Below, piece by piece: positions 18,489-28,100 of a DNA stretch of 64,000 nt. Each line of letters opens with the position of its first letter. Position 1 is the stretch's first letter. Both the position numbers and the translations under genes were made by a program. The stretch is from NCBI GenBank assembly GCA_003602475.1, contig QQSC01000015.1:46313-110312 (forward strand), in the 5' to 3' direction. Source of the DNA: Candidatus Poseidoniales archaeon (GTDB lineage: Archaea > Thermoplasmatota > Poseidoniia > Poseidoniales > Poseidoniaceae). The notes beneath the pieces are model-generated. The model was not told where the DNA came from and ran no database searches. It saw only the letters and a list, made by a program, of their open reading frames with translations.

Positions 18489-20471
18489 ATGATGGAAACG
18501 ATTCTCATTCTTGCAGCCTTTTTCATTGGCGCCGTTTACTTGATGTCCCGTTCGGTGGAAACCGGACTTGGCTCGGTTGGGGGTGCACTCCGCCAAATCG
18601 GCCTTTTCATCCTTCAAAAGAACCCTCCGGGCCTGGTTGACATCTTTGATGACCGCGACGGCAGCGGGTCACGGACATGGATGAACTTCGGTATGCTCTG
18701 GTTGGTTTTGGCCGGTTTGTTGGGCTTCCTTGATGGATGGCACAACTACGATCCAACCGCTTTGGATTCCCTCGCCAGCGTTGGCTGGTCGTACGACGAC
18801 GGTTCAGCGCTTCGAGAAGCCACCACCAACGTCCTTCAGTTCGCCCTTCTGTTTGGGCTTGTTGGAGCCTCCCTTGTCGCCGTTTCCCGAAACGGCAACG
18901 GCCGCTTGGCCAGTGAGGCCAACGCATCGCTGATCGCCGTTCTGTTGTCCGCCGTTTTGGTCGCTCAATACGTGTTGCCCTTCATCCTCGGGTTCGCCGA
19001 CGTCGACACGTCTGTTGCTCCATTCAGCATCGTTTTGTTCAGTTTGGAATCCATGGTCCTCGGGCTGCTGTTTGTTCCCGTACTGATCAACATCTTGCTC
19101 ACCGTATCGACACGAGAAAACGAAGACCTCTCCACGTCCTCATGGTTCCTCATCATGGGCGTTTTCGTCCACATCATGGCCATGCTAACCGTGTTCTTTG
19201 GCGACCTCGCTGGAAGCGAACAGGTTGAATGGTTTGGCAGGCGAGTCGGCTCGGGCTGGGTTCCGCTCGCCCTGATGTTCGCTGTGGGATACCATGTGGT
19301 CCCCATGGCTGCACAAGTCCCTATTTGGTCGGGAACTCTTCGTTCAGCGAGCATGTTCTTCCTCTTCATGACCGTTCCCGCTTTGTCCCTCACCGGTATC
19401 GAGGCAACAGGGTTCATGACCAATCTCATGGCCATCATGGTCACGTTGGGTCTCCTGCCTATTTTGGCTGCTTCTGTCAACATCGTGATGACGGCCATCA
19501 AGGGATTGGCTTCCGTGGCTGAAAACCCAGGGGCTATCGCTGGAATGTTTGCGTTTCTCTTGCTGCCATTCTACGCCGTTGGAACCTACTTCACCGGCAT
19601 GGACGCCTTTGTTGGTGCTGGTGAACTCGGGGCCATGGCGCACACCGTGAACACGGGACTTCTCTTCACGGTTGGTGGACTGTTGGTCCTGTCCGGCGTG
19701 TTTTCCAACTACCCCCTCGCTGTTGGTAAGCCTCTTTCGTCGGGCAACAGCACCTTGGCCGCATGGTTCGTGGCCATTGGCGGCGTCAGTTCAACCATCG
19801 TTTATCTCATGGGGAACTTCACCAAGAACGCCGTGGAACAAAGCGGCGCTGAGGACGTTGTTGCGGCCGACGGCGGCTTCTACCTCACTGGAGCAGCTCT
19901 GTTTTACCTCCTTGGTATTGGCGCCATCATGGCCAGCATGGCCGTTATTCGAACCGGAATTTCCCCAGCGAAGAAAATCATGGACACCTCTGTGGCTCAG
20001 GCCGTTTCCACCTACACCCTAACCGCTGGCTCTGCGACCACCATTCGAAATTTGATCGGTCGTGGCGTTGGCGTTGACACCGAATTGGTCATCAGCGAAA
20101 CAACCACCAAGAAAGGCGGTTCAACCGTGATTGCGGTTGATGCATCCCTTCACAACGACGAAGTGAAAGAATTCCCTTCCAAAGCCTCCGACGCCCTGGT
20201 TGAATTTGTTCAATACCTCGTGAATACCGGTCAATCCGTCATGGATGTGTTCATGGCCATGGACATGGACGGATCAGGCCGTGTAGACAGCCAAGAATTC
20301 CTGACGGCTTTGGTCAAAACCGACATCAAAGAATTGACCACCATGGACGCTGAAGCGTTGGTGGCCTCAATGGACCTTGATGGAGACGGGGAACTTAACC
20401 TTCCAGAACTCGACATCGCCATCGCTCAAATCAAGCGCGACCACAACCTCACAGCACAAGAGGAAGAGTGA
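18489..20471 (+). CDS. CcoN/heme-copper oxidase subunit I-like polytopic membrane protein lacking metal-ligand His, with C-terminal EF-hand pair
   Basis: About 13 TM helices collinear with CcoN motifs (LREATTN, RENEDLSTSSWF, YHVVPMAAQVPIWSGTL, VNIVMT, AWFVAIG). EF loops DMDGSGRVDSQE (20262-20297) and DLDGDGELNLPE (20373-20408). Confidence 0.75.
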   Translation: MMETILILAAFFIGAVYLMSRSVETGLGSVGGALRQIGLFILQKNPPGLVDIFDDRDGSGSRTWMNFGMLWLVLAGLLGFLDGWHNYDPTALDSLASVGWSYDDGSALREATTNVLQFALLFGLVGASLVAVSRNGNGRLASEANASLIAVLLSAVLVAQYVLPFILGFADVDTSVAPFSIVLFSLESMVLGLLFVPVLINILLTVSTRENEDLSTSSWFLIMGVFVHIMAMLTVFFGDLAGSEQVEWFGRRVGSGWVPLALMFAVGYHVVPMAAQVPIWSGTLRSASMFFLFMTVPALSLTGIEATGFMTNLMAIMVTLGLLPILAASVNIVMTAIKGLASVAENPGAIAGMFAFLLLPFYAVGTYFTGMDAFVGAGELGAMAHTVNTGLLFTVGGLLVLSGVFSNYPLAVGKPLSSGNSTLAAWFVAIGGVSSTIVYLMGNFTKNAVEQSGAEDVVAADGGFYLTGAALFYLLGIGAIMASMAVIRTGISPAKKIMDTSVAQAVSTYTLTAGSATTIRNLIGRGVGVDTELVISETTTKKGGSTVIAVDASLHNDEVKEFPSKASDALVEFVQYLVNTGQSVMDVFMAMDMDGSGRVDSQEFLTALVKTDIKELTTMDAEALVASMDLDGDGELNLPELDIAIAQIKRDHNLTAQEEE

Positions 20472-20483
20472 GCACCCACGGAT

Positions 20484-21773
20484 GTGGTGTCGGTGCGAAT
20501 CGGTTTGGTCGGCAAACCCAACGTGGGCAAGTCCACGTTCTTCTCGGCATCAACTCTCGCCCAAGTGGACATTGCCAACTATCCATTTTGCACGATTGAC
20601 CCCAACGTGGGCGTGGCGTTCGTCGAAGCCCGTCAACCATGTCCATGCAAAGATTTGCGCCAACGGTTGGAAGCGGAGGGGCGCATGGAGCCCGTGTCGC
20701 CCGACGACCCTCGCCAAGGCAGCCTTTGCGAACCGAGAACAGGTTCCTGCATTGGGCACCGCCGTCGGGTGCCGGTGGCGATGGTCGATGTCGCCGGGTT
20801 GGTGCCTGGTGCAAGTGAAGGGAAAGGTCGAGGAAATGCATTTTTAGCCGACCTGGCAAATTGCGATGTTCTCATCCAGGTGGTCGATGCTGCTGGGACG
20901 ACCGATCTTGAAGGACAGTTCCAAGGGACTGGAGCCTCGCTGAGTGAAGCACAATCGGGCTTGAAAGCTGAAATCGAATTCCTTCAACATGAACTGGACG
21001 CTTGGATTGGCCACCTCCTGACCGATGGATGGAACCGAGGGGTGCGCCGTGTTCAAGCCGAAGGAGAACGGGGGCTCCTGTCGTACATACACGAGAAACT
21101 GAGTGGTTTAGGCGCCAATCCACATCTGGTGGCGACTGGCTATCAGTCGTTCAAGAACACGGTTGAAGCTGGCCCACAACCTTGGGAATGGGATGCAACC
21201 ATCCTCCACCGTTTGGGGGCTAGTATGCGAGCTGTTTTGTTCCCAGTGGCGTACGCTGCAAACAAATGGGACATTGCTCCGGAGGGCTCAATCCCGACCT
21301 CCGGCAACACGCCGCTTCACCCGTGCATGGCGGACGTTGAACTGGCGCTCAAGCGTGCAGATTTAGCGGGGCTCATTCGATACGAGCCCGGTTCTTCCAT
21401 GTTTGACGTGCCCAATGCCGAACAGCTGACTGAGGCTCAGGCCAAGGCGCTTCGCCACATGGCAGAACGAATGGAATCGCTGAAGGGCACGGGATTGGCT
21501 CCATTGATGGATCACGTCCTCTTTTCAATGTTGGATCGCATGGTGGTTTACCCCGTACAAGATGAGTCGCGTTGGGTTGATGGAGACGGCCGCGTGCTCC
21601 CGGATGCATTTGTTGTCCCTCAACAAACACAAGCCAAACCTCTTGCTTATCTTGTTCACAGTGATTTAGGGGACGGTTTCATTCGAGGCGTTGACGGCCG
21701 GACCAAGCGGGTGGTCGGGGCTGAGCACGAACTCAACGACGGCGATGTCCTGAAGATTCACGCCAAGGCGTGA
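20484..21773 (+). CDS. ychF: YchF/OBG-family NTPase, archaeal type
   Basis: GKPNVGKST, ANYPFCTIDPN, DVAGLVPGA..GKGRGNAFL, ANKWD, C-terminal TGS-like domain. Confidence 0.9.
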   Translation: MVSVRIGLVGKPNVGKSTFFSASTLAQVDIANYPFCTIDPNVGVAFVEARQPCPCKDLRQRLEAEGRMEPVSPDDPRQGSLCEPRTGSCIGHRRRVPVAMVDVAGLVPGASEGKGRGNAFLADLANCDVLIQVVDAAGTTDLEGQFQGTGASLSEAQSGLKAEIEFLQHELDAWIGHLLTDGWNRGVRRVQAEGERGLLSYIHEKLSGLGANPHLVATGYQSFKNTVEAGPQPWEWDATILHRLGASMRAVLFPVAYAANKWDIAPEGSIPTSGNTPLHPCMADVELALKRADLAGLIRYEPGSSMFDVPNAEQLTEAQAKALRHMAERMESLKGTGLAPLMDHVLFSMLDRMVVYPVQDESRWVDGDGRVLPDAFVVPQQTQAKPLAYLVHSDLGDGFIRGVDGRTKRVVGAEHELNDGDVLKIHAKA

Positions 21774-21780
21774 TTGATGT

Positions 21781-22167
21781 TCAATGGCCTTTTGGTCGGT
21801 CGTAGGCCGGGGATAGACGGGCCATTTGACCTGAAAATCTTCCGCCTCGATAAAAGAACAAAATGGGCGCCAACAGGGTAAGCAAAATCAGAAGGCCGAG
21901 GAAAAACAAGCCCCACGGCTCAACATCGGAAAGGAGCATCCCCCACAAAACCCACAAGAAGGGGATGTAAAGGAAAACGCTGTACCGTCGTGCAACGGCG
22001 GAAAAGCGTGCACTGGCCGTGCTCTTGTTGAACAAAACGGGGACATCGCTCTCAGCAACCAAACCTTGCTCAACACCGCAGCGAACACAGACCTGGGTCT
22101 TGGGTCCGTTGCCGTGAATAAAGAACTCGCGAGGGTAGGTCGATCCACAGTGTCGGCAGGCTGGCAT
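21781..22167 (-). CDS. Small Zn-finger membrane protein
   Basis: CRHC…CVRC followed by two TM helices. Confidence 0.7.
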   Translation of the reverse strand: MPACRHCGSTYPREFFIHGNGPKTQVCVRCGVEQGLVAESDVPVLFNKSTASARFSAVARRYSVFLYIPFLWVLWGMLLSDVEPWGLFFLGLLILLTLLAPILFFYRGGRFSGQMARLSPAYDRPKGH

Positions 22168-22203
22168 GGTCCTTCCTCAACCCACCCACCAAGAAGTGAT
22201 TCT

Positions 22204-24453
22204 TCAACCATCCGATGGAAGGGATAGAAATCGCTCAATGAGTTGAACACCTTGGGGCGAGCCAACCGATTCGGGGTGAAATTGGAGCCCGTGGACCGCA
22301 GCCTGTTCATGCCGTATGCCCATCACGGCCTCCGTACCCAGTTCCGTTGCGTTCACCAACATGGTGTGTGTGCTGCTGGTCACCTCGACGGTCAAGGAAT
22401 TGTAGCGGGTTTGTTCCAAGGCCGTATCGCTTTTTGAAAACAACCCGGTTCCATCGTGGTTGATTTGAACCGGCACGCCGTGTACGGGTCCGTTGGGCGA
22501 GCGCACCAGTCGCATGCCGCTGGCAACCCCCAACGCTTGATGGCCCAGGCACACACCCAAAACGGGGCAGAGCAGTTGTCCAGCAACGGCGTGATGGGCC
22601 ATCGCCATGGTCAAGTCAGCATCTTCCGGTGCTCCTGGGCCCGGTCCCAAGACGATGTGCGAAGGTTGCAGCCGATCAAGGAGGTCGAACAAAATCACTG
22701 GGTCGTGGAGTTCCCTCATCGCGGGTGAACGCCCATGAACAACCACAACATCTCTTCCGGTTCCAGCAATTGCATGGACGATGTTGTTGCTGAACGAATC
22801 AAGATTGTCAACGAACAGCACGCCCCCCTCCAGTTTCTCAAGAAGGGCCTCTGGTAGGGAAACAACACTTCCCGAGTGTTCAGAAGCATGTCCCGATTGC
22901 CGCTGCGACCGTTGAACAGGATGGACACTGAGGGACCTGTTTGGCAAGTCGGTTTCGCTGGGGTTTGACCATCCAGCAGCGGTGAGCAAAGCGTTGGCTT
23001 TCCACTGGCTTTCCTCAACTTCGGATTTCGGTACAGAGCCAATTGTGATTCCACCACCAGCACCAACGGTACCGGTCCATTGACGGCCGGATCGTCTTGC
23101 TTCAAGTGTGCGAATGAGGATGTTCCAAGTGCTCTGGCCGGTGTGCACGTCCACCCAGCCCAAGGAACCCGTCCAAAACGATCGGGGTTGTTGTTCCAGT
23201 TCATCAACAGCGGCACAGACCATGGTTCGAGGACAACCGGTGATGGAGCCACCGGGAAAGACGGCTTGAAGGGCGTCCAAACCGTCACGGCCTTCGTGAA
23301 ATTGCCCTTCAACATGGCTGACAAGGTGTTGAACGTTGGCGTAAGCTTCCACATCAAAACGGCTGACACGAACCGAACCAACGGCACAGACGGTCCCTAT
23401 GTCGTGACGCATGAGGTCAACCAACATTCTGTGTTCGGCTCGCTCCTTGTCGTCGTTGAGCATGTGTTCTCGCAAGCGTTGTGCTTCTTCCTCATCGTCC
23501 CCTTGCGGGACCGTGCCCTTGATGGGCGCGGTTCGAACCGTGATCTCGTCGTTTTCGAGCAGGCATTCGGGGGATGAACTGGCGATGGCAAAACCGAGGT
23601 CCGTTGCTTCAAGGTAGGCCGAGTACGGTGCAGGATTGCTGACGAGTAGCCGCTGAAAGACAGCGTACGGATGATCGATGGGGCCCGACCAATGCTTTCC
23701 GATGTTGGCCTGGTAGAATTGTCCGTTGCGAATGCTTTCTCTCACGATGTTGATCAGGTCAATATGGCGCTCAGGTGAGAGTGAAACGTGAGGTTCAGCG
23801 ATGTTGACAACGACCGGGGCATTGGGAGCTGCTCCAATGGTTTCGACATGTTTCAAAGCTTGATGCCCCCAGTCGGAGGAGGAGAGAACGTGGTGTTGTT
23901 CGGTCGCTCTGTCGATGAGCACACCGTTTTCAATCCGCCAAAGCACGGTGAGTATTTCGTTCTCTTCAGGAGGGTGTTGGAGGCGAAGTGGCTGCGTCCA
24001 TTGGACCATGTCATAGGCAACAGCACCGCACCAGAAGGGACGTTGAGGTGCTGAACGAGGACCTTGATGGTCAAACATATGGTTGGGAGTGATGTCCACC
24101 AGTTTCCTGAGCAGGTCACCAATGTCATCGGCCATGATGGTTGTTTGGTGGTACCAAGAGCCGTGTTTCCATTCCTCAACTTGCGCCCGCAATTGAGGGG
24201 TTTCTTCCTCCAAAACGAGTTCACCCTTTGATGGGGCATGCGGCGTTGCCGCAGGCAGAACGCTTTGGCTGGGCTGTCGAACGATCACGCGGGCCTTTGC
24301 TGGCGCTGCAATCAACGACCACTTGGCCAGAGGGGTTGAAGGCCCACCCGAGACCAGAATGGCCCTGTCAGGGGCGCCGTGTTTGATGGCTGATTCCCCA
24401 ATCAAGCCCGCTTGCAGGAGGGCATGATCAATGGCCATGATGCGCTCATTCAT
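22204..24453 (-). CDS. pabB: Aminodeoxychorismate synthase, PabB (N-terminal) fused to PabA glutamine amidotransferase (C-terminal)
   Basis: SSSPE, PIKGT (PabB-type), EHRMLVDLMR, FPGGSITGCP; GATase DNLDSF, GPGPG, LGVCLGHQ, QFHPES. Confidence 0.85.
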   Translation of the reverse strand: MNERIMAIDHALLQAGLIGESAIKHGAPDRAILVSGGPSTPLAKWSLIAAPAKARVIVRQPSQSVLPAATPHAPSKGELVLEEETPQLRAQVEEWKHGSWYHQTTIMADDIGDLLRKLVDITPNHMFDHQGPRSAPQRPFWCGAVAYDMVQWTQPLRLQHPPEENEILTVLWRIENGVLIDRATEQHHVLSSSDWGHQALKHVETIGAAPNAPVVVNIAEPHVSLSPERHIDLINIVRESIRNGQFYQANIGKHWSGPIDHPYAVFQRLLVSNPAPYSAYLEATDLGFAIASSSPECLLENDEITVRTAPIKGTVPQGDDEEEAQRLREHMLNDDKERAEHRMLVDLMRHDIGTVCAVGSVRVSRFDVEAYANVQHLVSHVEGQFHEGRDGLDALQAVFPGGSITGCPRTMVCAAVDELEQQPRSFWTGSLGWVDVHTGQSTWNILIRTLEARRSGRQWTGTVGAGGGITIGSVPKSEVEESQWKANALLTAAGWSNPSETDLPNRSLSVHPVQRSQRQSGHASEHSGSVVSLPEALLEKLEGGVLFVDNLDSFSNNIVHAIAGTGRDVVVVHGRSPAMRELHDPVILFDLLDRLQPSHIVLGPGPGAPEDADLTMAMAHHAVAGQLLCPVLGVCLGHQALGVASGMRLVRSPNGPVHGVPVQINHDGTGLFSKSDTALEQTRYNSLTVEVTSSTHTMLVNATELGTEAVMGIRHEQAAVHGLQFHPESVGSPQGVQLIERFLSLPSDG

Positions 24454-25183
24454 CTCTCGGCCCCAACGGTGTCCATGTGGCCGGCTGGGAATAATGTTCG
24501 CTCAAGCGTTGTTGGAGATGTTCAGAAAAGGCTGTGAAACCGCCCATTGGCTCCCCGTCGATGGCATCGATACGAACCACGCCCAGTCCGGTACCCACGA
24601 CGACCAATTCGTTGCAGCGAGCGACCAATCGTTCGTTCAGTCGCCCCCGTTGGACGGGGTAACCATCGTTGGGAAGGGTTTGTTCAAACCATGCAGCAAC
24701 CACGCCGTCAACCCCTCCGTCGTCAGGATGTGGGAGCCAAACCGTACCGTCTTCGTCCAACAGCATGGGCGTACCGCGATCGGCGTCCACGAGGGCATGG
24801 TCGTGAACAAATAGAGCCACATCGCACCCCCTGTCTTCTGCTTGTGCTCGCGCTTCAAGGTAGGGTTCCCATTGTCCGTGCTTGGTCCCGTTGACGCTGG
24901 GTGTCCAGCGCGGTGCAGGCAACGTGATGGCTTCCATTGGCTCATCGTGAAGGCCTCGTTGGCGCTGTGTGAGCGACCAACCGCTTTCAGAACCAAAGGC
25001 CAAACGCACCATTCCGTGTGGTGGTATCGCTTCGAAGTGAGCGGGTTCCAACGGACCCAGCGTCATGCGAAGACGCTGGGCATGCTTCTGAATTCGCTGC
25101 CAATGTTGTGGCCAATCTGCAACCTCGTTGTGGGCGTTGACCAACAACGTGGTGAACACTTCACGGCGGGGCCCTCGAACCAT
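24446..25183 (-). CDS. pabC: Class IV aminotransferase fold, probable ADC lyase
   Basis: HWQRI, GTKH (PLP Lys), DGGVDGV; overlaps the pabB start. Confidence 0.65.
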   Translation of the reverse strand: MVRGPRREVFTTLLVNAHNEVADWPQHWQRIQKHAQRLRMTLGPLEPAHFEAIPPHGMVRLAFGSESGWSLTQRQRGLHDEPMEAITLPAPRWTPSVNGTKHGQWEPYLEARAQAEDRGCDVALFVHDHALVDADRGTPMLLDEDGTVWLPHPDDGGVDGVVAAWFEQTLPNDGYPVQRGRLNERLVARCNELVVVGTGLGVVRIDAIDGEPMGGFTAFSEHLQQRLSEHYSQPATWTPLGPRDE

Positions 25184-25192
25184 GGGGACGCC

Positions 25193-28100
25193 TCACAGCA
25201 AGTCATCAAGGAAGGAGGTGTCAACCTTCGGTTGTGATGGGGCCTGGGGCTCGTCGACAAGACCGTCGAGCAGATTCATGTCCACACGGGGTTGGACGAC
25301 GGGTTGAGGCGCTTGGTAAGCGGTTTGCCCGTAGTCGGGACTCTGAATCTGTTCTGCCGCGGCGTAAATGTCGCTGGCCTGTTGAGCCGAGACGCCTTGA
25401 GGCGGACTGGGCGCAGGCATTCCTTGCGGTGCTTCCCACGACGGGGTCTCGATGCCCCAGGTGGCTTCTTGGAGTTCCCAATTCTTGTTTCGCTTTTGGC
25501 CACCGCTTCGGCTTCTGGCCACGAGAACGAGCAACAGCAGAACGACGATCACCATGCCAGCCGCCACGAGGTTCGGGCCAGTAAGCAACGATTCAAGTTG
25601 CAAACCGTCCCCGTCCTCGGTTGATTCAGTACCTGCTTCATCACCGTTGACCGGTAGAAGAAGCAAGGATTCAACGGTGGTTTTGCTCACGGTTTCATCA
25701 AACGCCACAACGGCGAGATGCCATCCCGTGGTGTTGTCAAGTTCCTCATACAGTTCCGAGGTGATGAGATAACTGTTGGACGCTCGAACCTCACCAACCA
25801 TGGTAGCGATGCCGGTGTCCTCAAACGCCTCATCATGGATGTAGACTTGGTAGCCTCTGACACGTGCGTCGGTGGAATGGTTCCATTCGACCAAGATGCT
25901 CGTTTCTTCAAACCACGATACTCCAACATTGGCAATGTCGGGCAAGTAGACTCCGGGGTCGGTGATGCCTTCGTTTGTGGCTTCGGCTGAGACCATCGTT
26001 AGCATGTCGGTGAACGAGTTTGAAGAAGAGTCCACAACGACCACAGCGGCCCAGATTTGCTGGCCCGGAACCACAGGAGTATCTCCGGCCACGAGGTCAA
26101 TCACCACGGGCAAAGCAGGGTTTCGACCGAGGGTTGCCACGGGTGTCAACAACGCCGTCACCTCACCGTTGAAGTCGTAGGTGGCCGCATACACTTCGTA
26201 CGCAGCAACATCTCCGGCCTCGGACAGATCAAAGTCGAGCAACAACGCTTGACCGTTGTCGTTGGGGCGATCAACCAAACGCACCTCAGTCAACCGTTCC
26301 GGAGCTGTGTTGTCGTTGAGGTTGTCCACGGGTGTGACGGTGGCTTGCGTAAGATCCGTCAGGTGAACGTTGCCCCGCAGGTCGTGAACGGTTACGGCGG
26401 TGTAAAGCTCAATCCCTGGCTGAATCAATCCTGGTGCTCCGTCTGTCAAACCACCACCGTTGGTGTACAAAGCCGTGGACAGCGTCAGTTGGATGGGGTT
26501 TGTTTCCTCGTCGATCCATTGCTTGTTGAAGCTGAAGCAACCGCAGGCGTTGGCGTCGGTGCCCGTCAACGCATAAAGCGCTGAGAGGTCGGTAACCGGT
26601 TGGTCGGCAACCCATACGGTGTACGAGGCGAAATCGTCGACTTGGCTGGGTTCCCAGACCACATCGATGGCGGTTCCATCGTCTTCTGGATGGTCAAACG
26701 CCAGCAGGGTGGTGATGCGATTGGGTGTTGAGCCTTGACCAATGACGTTTTGCATTGGTGTTGCGAGGACCAAGGTAACGTCGTCGATGTTGCCGTTGAG
26801 CCAAGCGTCGTAAGCCACCACACCAACGGCGTAACTGCGACCGTCGGTCAACGGAATTCCATCAAGTCTGTTCAGAACGATTGATGTTGTCAGGCAATCG
26901 TTGATGATCGCCGCCTGGGAAAAGGATTCCACGCTGCTCGGGTCGCTCAACGACAGGCTGGCGTCGTTTTGCATGGCTTCGTCCCACGGAGACATGAACA
27001 CGGTGTAGAAGGCGCAATCTTCTGCGTCGCTTGCGTTCCACTCAACGTTGATTCTGCCACCTTCGTCCTCCGGAACATCGAGCGCTCGAGTGCCTTCAAT
27101 GGGGTCAGGGGCTTGGTTGTCGTTGAGTTCCCCGGTTGGAACGACGGGGCCGACGACGGTGATGTCCGAGAGGTTCTCTTGTCCCGACTGGTCGACGCAA
27201 GTCCACCCGATCCAAACCGGCACACCTGGGGTGAGGGCGATGGTGCTCAAGTTGCCTTGATTGGGGAGGTAGGTTGAAGCGGGGGTGAGGCCGAAGGCAT
27301 CGGTGAACGGTGTTGTGGCCACATAGACGTTGGTGGACGCCAAATCAAGCGCTGTGCACCTTGCCCATTCCAAGCTCAGGTCCCCGTCGTTGTCGTCCCC
27401 TTCAGCGGGCAATGCTTGAGCCCAAGCGGGCGGGCGAGGAACTTCGTTTGATGAGGTGGCTGGTCCGACCGAGGGCGAGATGTCGCCCCATCGGCCGTCG
27501 TTGTATTCAACCACGACAACCGCGTGGTAATCCACACCGTCCTGTAGGGGAACACCGTTGGCGGTTTGAACCTCGGTTGAGAGGCGACTGTGGAGCGAAA
27601 CCGCCTTGTCAGGGGTCCGTTGCATCAGCATCGCTTCTGTGGGTGCGGTTTCCCAAGGACCTTCGTTCACAAACACGACATAGCGTGCGAAATCTTCGTC
27701 GTGCACAAGGGACCACGAAGCCATCAAGGCACCGCCGCCGTCATCGGGTCGGTCGGTGAGGTCTTGCATCACCACTGGAGTATCGGTTCGGACGTAGTCG
27801 TAGGTGATTCTCGCTTCCATTGATCCGTTGGAAGGCGACAACAACCGCAGGCTCACGTGACGAGTGTTGTTGTAGAGAGGTGCCACATCAACAGCGCTTT
27901 GGAGGTTCATTCCCAGGGCGGGGTCGTTGCTGAGGTCGAGGGTGATGTCGTACAGCAGCCGTTCGGATTGGGTCCAAACAGCAGCTCCATTCACCGGAGA
28001 GGTGAACACGAGTGGTACGTTTTGGAACAACACGCCATGCGCACCAGCCGTCCCGAGTTCAGCATTGAGGGCGTACGGGTCCGAGGGGTCAACAAGCGTG

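Noticed and set aside
18489-20471. Functional cbb3-type cytochrome c oxidase subunit I
   Set aside because: His ligands are absent at the aligned positions and no ccoO/ccoP genes are adjacent; reported instead as a derived protein.
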